Assembly: GCA_043228905.1 (NCBI GenBank)
Contig: JBHGNT010000007.1
Span: 3,906,001-3,970,000 of the forward strand
DNA from: Azolla caroliniana
Lineage: Eukaryota; Plantae; Polypodiophyta
Reading direction: 5' to 3'
DNA length: 64,000 bases
Below are positions 10,835 through 22,627 of the stretch, one piece after another. Within the stretch, counting starts at the first letter, position 1; every line of letters begins with the position of its first letter. Below the pieces are notes generated by a model that worked only from the letters and a program-made list of their open reading frames with translations, had not been told where the DNA came from and made no database searches. The translations under genes and the position numbers were made by a program.

Positions 10835-13800
10835 TGCTTAACATCGACTCACGCACACACACACACACACGCACACGCAGCTCAACCCGACTCACGCCTT
10901 ATGTACAGAAAACGCAGGAGAGGGTAAGCACCCGACGCCAACAACGACGCGAATATACACAGACAAACATAAACGTATATGTATGTATATATATATGGAG
11001 AATACATTCCCTGCTTCGAGCCGGACTAAGGTAGGTTACAGTAGTCGTCTGCTGCCAAGCCGCCGTCGGGGAGCTCACGGGCTCGTCGCGCCGAGCGGGG
11101 TCTTGCGCAGCAGATGAGCTACAGCAAACCTTAAACCAATACGAAGGAGAAGAAGCTAACCCTAAACCTAACGGTATACCCTCTAATGCAAAATGGGCAA
11201 CCCTTTTACAAAGGGCGTTCCCTTCCTTTTATAGAACAAGGAAAGGGAGGCATTACAATGCGGGACAAATCCCGACTTACATGGGATCGTCTGTCCCGAC
11301 TTGACTACTCTTCGGCACCATAAAGGTGCCCTCGATATTCACACTAAATGTACATGGGTGCGTTCACACGCTGCACCCCGCCGATGTAGCCAATGTTCCC
11401 GGTTTCCGCCTCTGGCCGAAATTCTTCACGACATCCGCCCCCACCTAACCGCACATCCACCGGTATGTGCCAAGTCCGGTTGAAGGGTGAGAGATTTCGG
11501 CCAGTGAGAAACCGGTCTTCCGTGATCCGCATCCCGGCTTGCTGCCAGTTTGATCCGTCGGCTTCGAGTCTTCCGTCGCGCTTGCCTCCCTGTAGGCTCG
11601 TTCGACTTGTCGATGGGTCCTCTGCCGCGATCTCCGTAGTACGTGTACTTCCATTGGCCCTTGTTCGGCCGTATGAACGCCATGCTTCCCGCCGTATGAC
11701 CGATGTCCTCCGCTTGAGGCATGCCCGTAGTGGCCCGCTTGACCTCCGTTGATCAACCGTGATGTCCTGATGTCATCCCATGTTGTTTCGCGTGGCCACC
11801 ACCCTCTCGCTGCCACCTTCCTTCTCCATGGTCTTACATTGCCACGTCGGCTCGAACCGCCATGGTCTCTGGAACGGCGTGGAAGATCCCTTTCCGGCCT
11901 TCTCCGCGCTTGCCTTCCCGCTCCGGCACCTCCGTGTGCCTTTCTCCGGTTTATTGCACGCCTTGTCGGCCCTTTCCGGCCAGATCGTGCATCGCCGCTC
12001 ACCCGCATACCGGTGTCCTCTGCATCCGAGGAACACCCCGTAGTAGCCCGCTTGGCCCTTCCCGTCTTCGTGCTGATGCAACAGGTCCTGAGTCTTCCAC
12101 TTCATTCGTTCGGCCCGCCCGTGCCGAACACCGTCCCGTAGTCACGCTTCGATCCGGCCCGCGATGGTCACTTGCGAGACTCTTGTTCTGTCCAAGGTGT
12201 GCCTTTCCGGCCTGACACACCTCCCCATGTTCACCCCTATCGGCTCCTTCCGATACCTCGTGTCGTCGGGTCCCGTTCCCTGCCGCCACCGTCCTTCTCC
12301 CTCGGTCTCACGTTGCCACGTTGGCCGAACTGCCGGAGTCTCCGGATCGGTGTGAGGGTCCCATAGGACCGGACTCCGTTTCTATGCTTGCCGAAACTAG
12401 GGTGTCTTTTGTTTGAGTCCCTCCCGGACTCTCCTCGTGTCTTCCGCGTAGTCGAGTCCCATTTCCCGCCGCCACCAACCTTCTCTCTCGATCTCATGTT
12501 GCCACGTTGGCCGAACTGCCGGAGTCTCTGGTTAAGTGTGGGGATCCCGTAGGACCGGACTTCCTTACGCCCATTGTCTTCGTCACCTCGCCACCACCGT
12601 CAGTATCTTGGTCTTACGTCGGCCGCGTTGCCGACCGCCGAAGTCTCTAGAACCGGTGTGAAGGATCCTCCGTAGACCTTCCATCCGTAGCCCTTGCCTT
12701 CGTCACCTCGCAGCCACCGTCAGTATCTTGGTCTTACGTCGGCCGCGTTGCCGACCGCCGAAGTCTCTAGAACCAGTGTGAAGGATCCTCCGTAGACCTT
12801 CCATCCGTAGCCCTTGCCTTCGTCACCTCGCCGCCACCATCAGTATCTTGGTCTTACGTCGGCCGCGTTGCCGACCGCCGAAGTCTCTAGAACCGGTGTG
12901 AAGGATCCTCCGTAGGCCGCCTCGCCTTCTTGACCCTGTCCCGGGTTGTCCTTTTCCGCATTGTCGAGAGGGCGTTTTGTTTCGCACCCTCTCCCGTGGT
13001 ACCGACGTACCATGTCCTCGGCCTCTTCGTAGGCCTGCCCTCTTCCTCCCTTCCGGAATTGTCATCCGGGAGTCCGCTCCGCCCGGTTCTCGTCTGGGTC
13101 CGTTCGTCCTTCTCCGGATTGCCGAGTCCCATTCTCCTGTCGCCACCGATCTCCCTTATAGGACTCACGCCGGCACTCGGGCCTGCAGCCGGATCGGTGT
13201 AAGGAATCCGGTAGGACCGGCTTTCATTCTCTTTCCAAATCTCGACCGTCGCCCGGTCGGTCTTTCTCCCCATGTAAAAGAGGGCGGCTCGTCCCGCACC
13301 CCCTCCCGTATCGGCACCTTTATGCCGAGTCCGGCCTTGATCGAACGGCCCACGACCGGATCACGCTCCACCCGTATCGGAATGCCGATCTCCACGTGAC
13401 GTGTCCGTCCTCGGCCTTCCCGTAGGCCGTCTCCCATCTGTCTTCGGTGGCATCGTGCCAAGACTCCTCGGTACCGCCATCCATCTCCTCGGTCTTATAT
13501 GGGCATACGGGCCCGAATGCCGAGTTCTCCGGAATTGGGTCTGTGGGCTTTTGTCCGCTCCTTCCCCGTATCGTCTTGCCGGTGATTCTTGCCCTTTCGC
13601 CGCCGCCTTCCTCCGCTTGGGACTCACGTGGGCACTTGGGCCCGACTGCCATTGTCTCGGGAGCAAGTGTGGGAAGACACAAAGAATCGCCCGTCCATTT
13701 TACACCCTTGTCCATAGCCACCGGCTCTCCGTGGTCGGCGGTCGTCTTCTTACCGATCACGCAAGCCCCATCTGGGCTTGCTTCTCCAATGACCGGGATC

Positions 13801-15462
13801 TCGGGCTGACACGCCCGAAACCGTTGGTCCCAACGTTCCGGTTCCGCGATCGATATCTCGGCCTCGTCCTTGGCCATTCTATCTCCGCAAGTCGAGAGGG
13901 CGTTTCAGTCCACACCCTCTCTCGTGGTACCGTCGTACCGATCTTCCGCCGTCGCGTGGGGCAGGCCTGTCTTCTCAGTCTCGGCTTGCGGCCTTGATCT
14001 TTCCTCTTCCTCGAGCATCGCCTCGAGAGCTGCGTACGCCTCCGCAATCCTGGCCCCAACGCCGATCCTTGCCAACTCCCTTTTCCGTTCGGCCTCCTCC
14101 CACTGTGATGGCACGCCGTCGCGCCCCTTCCTCTTAGCCTTCTCGGCTCGCTCATCATCTAGCCATTGGCACACCCTTCCGACCTTCGACCAGTCCTCCG
14201 TAAGCCCATTCGCTCCGTCATCATCTTCGAGCTCAATCCCGATGGCTTCCCGTTCCTTTCGGTCGATCGACCTGACGAACAAAAGGACTTTGTCCGCCCC
14301 CACCAAACCTTGTTCCCGCTCCGGGAGCCGAGCAAGTCGTCGCTCAAACTCTCGAAACGCCTTCGTCGCACCCTAGTGGGTCTTTGCCGATGCTACCCAC
14401 TGGTCAAAGTCGTGCCGCCCCCGGCTCTTCCGCCGTCCTCCGTATGCCTTCTGGAGCGCCTCTTCGAAGGCCTCCCACGAACTATGAGCCTCTCGGAGCT
14501 CCTTTATTTCCGCATGCATCTGGACAGCCACGACCCGACAGAAGAACTCCAGCCTCAACGCCTCGTCTACGCCACGCTCCTCCATTTCCGCGTTGTAGGC
14601 TTCCAAGTAAGATGGGACTTTGTCCCCGTTGAAACGGCCAACTCTTTCGACCACTCGCTCAACCGCTTGTTGCGCTGCTTCTCGCCTCATCACCACTCGT
14701 GCCGACTCCAACACCACTTCGCCACCATCTCCGCAAGGTCGTCGTCTTCCGACACCATCCTCCCTTGCCGCCTTTCACGTCGGGTTCACCAAATATGTCG
14801 CGTTGTTACGCGCGTGCGTGGAGAAAGGCGGGACCACGGGGGTCTTGGACAAGAGAGTGATGGAGCGTAGGGAGTCGTGCTTCACTATTTCTGGGGCATC
14901 CCAAAAACACACCGGAAGCAACCGAAGGGAGAGAGAGAGAGAGAGAGAGAGAGCGTGCTTAACACCGACTCACGCACACACACACACGCACACGCACACG
15001 CACATATATGTATGTATATATATATGAAGAATACATTCCCGGCTTCGAGCCGGACTGAGGTAGGTTACAGTAGTCGTCTGCTGCCAAGCCGCCGTCGGGG
15101 AGCTCACGGGCTCGTCGCGCCGAGCGGGGTCTTGCGCAGCAGATGAGCTGCAGCAAACCCTAAATGAAGACGAAGGAGAAGAAGCTAACCCTAAACCTAA
15201 CGGTATACCCTCTAATGCAAAATGGGCAACCCTTTTACAAAGGGCGTTCCCTTCCTTTTATAGAACAAGGAAAGGGAGGCATTACAATGCGGGACAAATC
15301 CCGACTTACATGGGATCGTCTGTCCCAACTTGACTACTCTTCGGCGCCATAAAGGCGCCCTCGATATTCACACTAAATGTACATGGGTGCATTCACACGC
15401 TGCACCCCACCGATGTAGCCAATGTTCCCAGTTTCCGCCTCTGGCCGAAATTCTTCACGACA
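10662..15462 (-). mobile_element. Complete gag-only (pol-less) LTR retrotransposon: 5' LTR 14796-15462, PBS 14774-14791, degenerate gag about 14717-13800, PPT 11434-11445, 3' LTR 10662-11433
   Basis: Two near-identical LTRs and TSD GCGT at 10658-10661 and 15463-15466. The PBS is TGGTGAACCCGACGTGAA and gag reads VGRFNGDKVPSYLEAYNAEM. No RT or integrase motifs were seen internally. Confidence 0.92.
12578..12915. repeat. 120-bp tandem repeat, about 2.8 copies
   Basis: CTTCGTCACCTCG...CAGTATCTTGGTCTTACGTCGGCCGCG recurs at an exact 120-bp period (12601, 12721, 12841). Confidence 0.95.
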
Positions 15463-16604
15463 GCGTGTGAGCCCTATTTCCTTCCCGTCCATAACCCTGG
15501 AGGTTCTGCCTCACGATCCGCACATAGTGACGGATTTTTACGACATAATTAAGTGGTGAACCCAACGTGAAGAGGCGGTAGGAAGGATCAAGTGCTTGAA
15601 ATAGAAGTTTAGAAGATGGCTTCTTCGACAAACACCCAAGTTGCCGAAGTGGCAAAGGTGGTGGCTAATGTCGAGCATATGATGAGAGCTCAAGATAATG
15701 ATGCAAGCTTAGACAAGGCCATCAACCGAACCTTTGACATATTAGGCCAATTTGGTGGAAGAAACATTACGGATTTTCTCGCTACATACAAGACGGAGAT
15801 GCAACAACGTGATGTCATCGAAGAGAAGCAAATATCAAGCTTCAAGCGTGTCATAGCAATTGGGTTACAAGGCCGTATAAGGGAGATTCAAGCCGCCCAA
15901 ACAACATGGGTGGGATTTGAAAGGGCACTTTTGGCTGAATATATGCTTGAAGATGTGTCAAGGATGACTCGTCATACGTTGATGAAGTGGATCAAGAAGA
16001 AGGGGAAGAACATGAACACATCGGGAGTGTACACCGAATTTGACCAAATGTACAACCGTCTCTCGAGAACCGACCAAACACTTCTCGAAGGAGATAAAGT
16101 TTTGTACTTCTTAAAGGTGGTGGATGCAAAACATAGATGAGAACTAGGTAGTCTATTAGAGAACAAAGCACAACCCAATGGTCTCATAATGGATTGGGTT
16201 GCGGTAAGAAGAGCATATGATCGATTTGACAAAGGTCGTCGATGGCTAGATGATTCTGACATGGTAGGCCCGGTAGTCGAAAGAAGGAAGGCTCCAATAG
16301 CAACTGGGATGAGAAAGCAAAGCAAGCCGACCGAAAGAGCAATGGAGAACTCTGTCATTAAAGAGTTGGCGCAAAAATTCGAAGTTGTTTCGTTAGCTAA
16401 TATGAGTCGTAGAGGGCCGAAGGGGAAAGACCCATATAGATGTGTATGGTGTGATAGTGTTGATCATGAAAGGAAAGCTACGGAGAAAGTCGGTCTCCCA
16501 GTATCCATCTCTTCCTGGTCCTGACCCTGGTGGTCTAGCCCGATCCGACGAGTGCACGCTTATTCCGCGACACCGTGAGACGTGTCGTCGAAGAACGGGG
16601 ATAG

Positions 16605-17033
16605 TGTCATGATGACACTCACATCATGCCTCGAAAGGATTTAAACCCATGACCTTGTTATACACATGTCAAATCCTTAACCATTGTATTAATATTCTTA
16701 TATGTATAGTTTTTAGAATATATAATCTAATATGATAGGAATATTTTATATTACTTACGTTCTAGAATGACCGAGAATATTCTAGAGTGTTCTATACACT
16801 AGAACCTTCTAGAATACTCTAGAAACCTTCTAGATTACTCTACATTCTAGGATGACCTAGAATATTCTAGAGTGTTCTATATTACTTATAAATAGGGATC
16901 TATCAGTCATCCCAAAACTAAATTGGTTCAACGTCAATCTATAGCACTCCGTTGCCTACTCCTTGTAATCCGTTTTACTCTGCAATATAATATTTCCCTT
17001 TCAATTCTCTCTCTTTCTTTGTCTTAGCACTAT

Positions 17034-17073
<40 letters not shown>

Positions 17074-17084
17074 GTGTCTTGACA
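16605..17084 (+). mobile_element. 3' LTR (480 bp), possibly belonging to the Gypsy pol at 6070-8115
   Basis: Termini TGTCA...TGACA, preceded by the polypurine tract GAAGAACGGGGATAG. Contains a TATAAATA box near 16887 and a (CT)n tract. The link to the pol fragment is inference. Confidence 0.75.
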
Positions 17085-17217
17085 GCATGTTGCAAAGGAT
17101 CGGAGATCGAAGCTCAATAATAAGTCGAAACCATGCATATTTATGGGATACTCAGAGGACGAGTTTGACTATAGGCTATGGGACCTAGTCGACAAGAAGG
17201 TAGTGAGAAGTCGGGAC

Positions 17218-20200
17218 TGTTGGGATTTTCGGTCCCTCTGGATGGGATGTCCGGAGATGAATGACGGCAAGCCCGGTTGCGGTTACGGAACCGGAGGCTG
17301 AAGAGTACCCGGCTACGGAGCCGGATGATGAAGACCCCAGCTACGGAGCCGGATGATGAAGGTACCCGGAGAGAGATCCGGATGCGGGGACATATTTGTG
17401 AATATGTTTGCCAAGGGCCCTTGTGGCTATATTTGTAAATAGCCCGAAAGTCATATGTGTATAAATATGACTTAGGGCAAACAGTTTTAATGTTGCTACT
17501 TATTTTTCTGTTTTTCCACTCAAGAGGAGTGAAGAGAGAGCAGCCGTGAGAGAGATAGAGCGTGAGAGAGGAAGAGGTCGACGCCTCTGTGTAATACCGC
17601 CGCCTGTGGCGAGGATAGCAAGCTCAGGGTCGTCGCCTTGCAGCTCGCCATTGTATATTTCTCTGTGCATAGTTTTGGTTTGGAGTCTTGCACTCCCGTG
17701 GTTTTTCCCATATAGGGTTTTCCATGTTAATCCCTGTGTTATCGTGTCTTTCTCTGTATTTCCCATTTTCTGCAACAACGATTCGTGTGTTTCTTGGTTG
17801 TGGCCGAGAGGTGAAGGTGAATCGGAGCATCGATTCTCAACAAAGTGGTATCAGAGCGAGTTGCTGCAGAAAATGGAAGGCGGCGGCAGCGGGCAGCCGG
17901 GGATGATGGTGCTGAATGCGCAGAATTACGCCGACTGGAAGATCAAGATGGAGGATCTTCTGATTGTTCGGGACCTGTACGAACCGATTGACAGGTCGGA
18001 AATACCGAAGGGGGTACTTGAGTCGGAATGGAGGCTTCGGAACCGGAAAGCCGTTGCAACCATTCGGCAATACGTCGACGTGAGCGTTCTACAACATGTG
18101 GCGAACGACACCAACGCATATGAGATGTGGCGGAAGCTGTCGGGCCTCTACGAGAGGAAGAATGCGTTGAACCGGACCTCCCTGATGAGGAAGATAGTGA
18201 ACCTCAAGTACCGGGACGGCGAGAGTATGGTGGAACACGTAAGCACGTTCATGGGATTCGTGAACCAGCTTGCGGCGATCAAGTTCCCATTGGAGGATGC
18301 AATGCAAGCCATCATTCTGATGTGTACATTGCCGAAAAGCTGGGAGAACTTGGTGGTGACTCTCAGCACCTCCTGCACGGAAGATAACTTGTCCCTACAA
18401 ACGGTAAAGACAAGTATCTTGAACGAAGAAGCGCGTCGGAGAGATAAAGAACCGGCCTCCGATCCGAAGATGCTGCTTGCCGAATCGGATCGGGGAAGAC
18501 AACGAAACCGGAGTCCGCAAAGACGGGAAAAGTCGGGGACCCGGTCGCAGTCAAGAGGAAGGCCCACATGCTTCCACTGTGGGAAGCCGGGGCACTTCCG
18601 AAAGAATTGTCGGCATTACCGAAAAGACAGCGGAGCCGACGACACCGATTCGAAGAAGTTTTCGGATCGGAACGGTGCTTACCGGGGAGCCACGGACCGG
18701 AATGGTTCGGATCGGCGAGGGCAGGACCGGAAAGGAACGACGGCACTCGCGGCAAGTGAAGAGGAAATCATGCTCATCACCGAAGAAGGTGAACTAAACA
18801 TTGCCGGCGATGAGACGACCTGGGTGGTCGATTCCGGAGCATCGTTCCACCTGACCCCGGAGAGAAGATACTTCTCATCTTACACAGTCGGTGAGCATGG
18901 CTGTGTTCGGATGGGAAATGAAGGTACGTGCCGGATTGCCGGCATAGGAGACGTGTGGTTGACAACCTCGACCGGATGCAAAATGCTGCTGAAGGATGTC
19001 CGACACGTTCCGGAGGTTCGATTGAACCTGATTTCAGCCGGGAGGCTAGATGATGAAGGCTACACAGGTAGCATCCGGAACGGCGTAATGAAGTTCAGCA
19101 AGGGGAGTCTGATAGTGGCTCGGGCCCGGAAAGTTAACACGTTGTACTTGATGAATGCCCGGTTATGTCCGGAAGAGCTGAATGTGGCAGCCGACACTGC
19201 CGGTGAGCTGTGGCACAAGAGACTGTGCCACATGAGTGAGAAGGGGATGAAGAGGCTTGCAGAAGACAACCTCATTCCAGTGAAGCATGTGCACCTGGAG
19301 AAGTGCACCGATTGCCTGGCCGGTAAGCAGAACCGAGCCTCCTTCCACTCAAGGCCACCGATGAGACGTAGCGCACCATTGGAGTTGGTGCACACTGATG
19401 TGTGTTAGGTAGAAACGAAGTCACATGGCGGAGCCCAGTACTTCGTAACATTCATAGATGACCATAGCCGGAAGCTGTGGACGGCACCGCTGAAGACAAA
19501 GGACCAAGTATTGTCCGTCTTCAAAGAACTCCACGCGAGAGTGGAAAGAGAATCCGGCAAGAAGCTGAAAGCGATACGAGCAAATAACGGAGGGGAATAC
19601 CGGGGGTAGTTCGCGGAGTACTGTCGCTCGAAGGGAATCCGGCTCGAGTTTACTGTGCCGAAGACGCCGGAACTGAACGGGCTGGCCGAGAGGATGAACC
19701 GGACCATAATGGAGAGGGTCCGAAGTATGCTGGCGCATGCGAAATTACCCAAGGGGTTTTGGGCTGAGGCAATGTCGACGGCGACATACGTGATAAACAG
19801 ATCACCCTCAGTACCTTTGGACGGAGACACGCCGCAGAGAGTGTGGACCGGTAGGGAAGTATCCTACCGGCATCTGAAGGTGTTCGGGTGTCTCGCATAT
19901 GTGCATGTGGCAAAGGACCGGAGAGGAAAGCTAGATCCAAAGACCCGGCCATGCATATTCCTCGGTTACGGCGACGACGAGTTCGGCTACCGAGTATGGG
20001 ACCCGGTCGACAAGAAGATATTCAGGAGTCGAGATATCATCTTCATGGAGGACAAGACGCTCGCCGACTGGGAGTCGGAGAAGAAGATGAAGAGCTCCAA
20101 GTCGACCGGTGAGGATCAACTCTACGAGGAGCAGTCCCGACCGGCAAGGGACCGGTTAACACTCGAGGATCCGGCCGAAGACGGTGAAGAAACAGAACCG

Positions 20201-22627
20201 GCCGAAGAAGATGAAAATGATACCGGAACCGGCCCCGATCCCGAAATGGATTCGGATGAGGAAGAATCGGAAGAACCGGTTACCGAAGCTCCGGAACGGA
20301 GATATCCTCTAAGAGAGAGAAGGGCCCCCCGGAGATTTCCGGAACCAGAGCACGTGCTGCTAACCGACGAGGGAGAGCCGGAGAGCTTTGAAGAAGCGAA
20401 GCATGACACCCATAGCCGCAGGTGGTTAAGTGCCATGCAGGAGGAGATGGATTCCCTGCATGAGAACCACACATATGAACTTGTGGAGTTGCCGAAAGGA
20501 AAATGGGCACTCCGTAACAAGTGGGTGTTCAAGCTGAAACCGGGAGATGCCGGAAACCCCCCGAGATACAAAGCCAGGATCGTGGTGAAGGGGTTTCAGC
20601 AGAAGAAGGGCGTCGACTTCGACGAGATATTTGCCCCGGTAGTGAAGATGACCTCCATCCGGACGGTGCTGAGCATAGCGGCAAGCATGGACCTCGAGGT
20701 AGAACAGATGGATGTGAAGACGGCATTCCTTCACGGTGACCTCGAAGAAGAGATCTACATGCAGCAACCGGAAGGATTCGAGAAGAAAGGGAAGGAGCAC
20801 CTGGTATGCCGGTTGAAGAAGAGCCTTTACAGACTGAAGCAGGCTCCCCGGCAATGGTATCGGAAGTTCGACTCCTTCATGATCGACGAAGGGTACCACA
20901 AAACGCAGTCCGATCACTGCGTGTTTGTGAAGAAGTTCGAAGGAGGAGACTTTCTAATACTCCTCCTGTACGTGGACGACATGTTGATCGTCGGACGGGA
21001 CCAGGTCAAGATACGGATGCTGAAGAAGGCTCTCCACCGAACCTTCTCAATGAAAGACCTGGGTCCGGCGAGGCAAATACTAGGGATGCACATCATCCGG
21101 GACCGGAAGAAGAAGCAGCTGTGGCTGTCACAGGAGAAGTACGTAACAAAGGTGCTTCATCGGTTCAACATGTCGGAAGCAAGACCGGTCGGGTCAACAC
21201 TCCCGGCAAACTGCAAGTTGTCCAGCAAGCAAAGTCCCAAGACAAAGGCTGAGAAGGAGGACATGATGAAAGTGCCATATGCCTCTGCCGTCGGAAGCTT
21301 GATGTACGCAATGGTGTGTACAAGACCGGACATAGGATATGCAGTCGAAGTGGTGAGTCGGTACATGAGCAATCCCGGCAAAGAGCACTGGAACACGGTC
21401 AAGTGGATACTCTGATACCTGAAGGGCACAGCAAACGTGTGCCTCCGATTCGGCTCCGGTAAATCCGAACTCGAAGGCTTCACCGATTCGGATATGTCGG
21501 CTGATGCAGATACCAGCCGGTCCACATCAGGGTATGTGATGACATATGCAGGGGGAGCTGTTTCGTGGCAGTCGAGGCTGCAGAAGACGGTTGCGTTGTC
21601 AACCACGGAGGCGGAGTATATGGAGGTTGTTGAAGCCGGCAAGGAAATAATATGGATGAAGGACTTCATTAGAGAGCTCGGTATCCGGCAGGAGGAGTAC
21701 CGACTCTACTGCGACAGTCAGAGTGCCATCCACCTTGCGAAGAACGCGGCCTATCACTCCCGGACGAAGCACATCCAGCGAAGATATCACTGGATCCGGG
21801 AAAGGATAGAAGACAAGGAGTTCGTGCTGACGAAGATCCACACGGACGAGAACGGGTCGGATATGCTGACCAAGGTGCTCACACCCGACAAGCTGGAAGC
21901 ATGCCGGAAGAGGATCGGATTGGAGAGACATCCCATGCCGAAGTGAAGGGGGAGTTTGTTGGGATTTTCGGTCCCTCCGGATGGGATGTCCGAAGATGAA
22001 TGACGGCAAGCCCGGTTGCGGTTACGGAACCGGAGGCTGAAGAGTACCCGGCTACGGAGCCGGATGATGAAGAGTACCCGGCTACGGAGCCGGATGATGA
22101 AGACCCCGGCTACGGAGCCGGATGATGAAGGTACCCGGAGAGAGATCCGGATGCGGGGACATATTTGTGAATATGTTTGCCAAGGGCCCTTGTGGCTATA
22201 TTTGTAAATAGCCCGAAAGTCATATGTGTATAAATATGACTTAGGGCAAACAGTTTTAATGTTGCTACTTATTTTTCTGTTTTTCCACTCAAGAGGAGTG
22301 AAGAGAGAGCAGCCGTGAGAGAGATAGAGCGTGAGAGAGATAGAGCGTGAGAGAGGAAGAGGTCGACGCCTCTGTGTAATACCGCCGCCTGTGGCGAGGA
22401 TAGTGAGCTTAGGGTCGTCGCCTTGCAGCTCGCCATTGTATATTTCTCTGTGCATAGTTTTGGTTTGGAGTCTTGCACTCCCGTGGTTTTTCCCGTATAG
22501 GGTTTTCCACGTTAATCCCTGTGTTATCGTGTCTTTCTCTGTATTTCCCATTTTCTGCAACAACGATTCGTGTGTTTCTTGGTTGTGGCCGAGAGGTGAA
22601 GGTGAATCGGAGCATCGATTCTCAACA
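17218..22627 (+). mobile_element. Full-length Ty1/copia element (Tnt1/Tork-like), LTRs 17218-17842 and 21957-22627
   Basis: TG...CA LTRs with TSD GGGAC (17213-17217 and 22628-22632). PBS TGGTATCAGAGC at 17846 and PPT GAAGGGGGAG at about 21945. Confidence 0.97.
17873..21946 (+). pseudogene. Copia gag-pol in one frame with three premature stops (19406, 19607, 21413)
   Basis: Zinc knuckle CFHCGKPGHFRKNC, protease WVVDSGAS, integrase HTDV...NGLAERMNRT, RT YVDDML and RNase H CDSQSAIHL. Confidence 0.95.

Larger units (their letters stand above)
8116..16480 (+). mobile_element. Gypsy-like LTR element with tRNA-Trp PBS: long 5' LTR 8116-15545 carrying two nested insertions, PBS 15554-15571, gag 15616-16480
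   Basis: Begins TGTCATGA where the integrase frame breaks off and ends TTACGACA, followed by TGGTGAACCCAACGTGAA. gag reads LGQFGGRNITDFLATYKTEM and has the zinc-knuckle-like RCVWCDSVDH. Confidence 0.7.
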
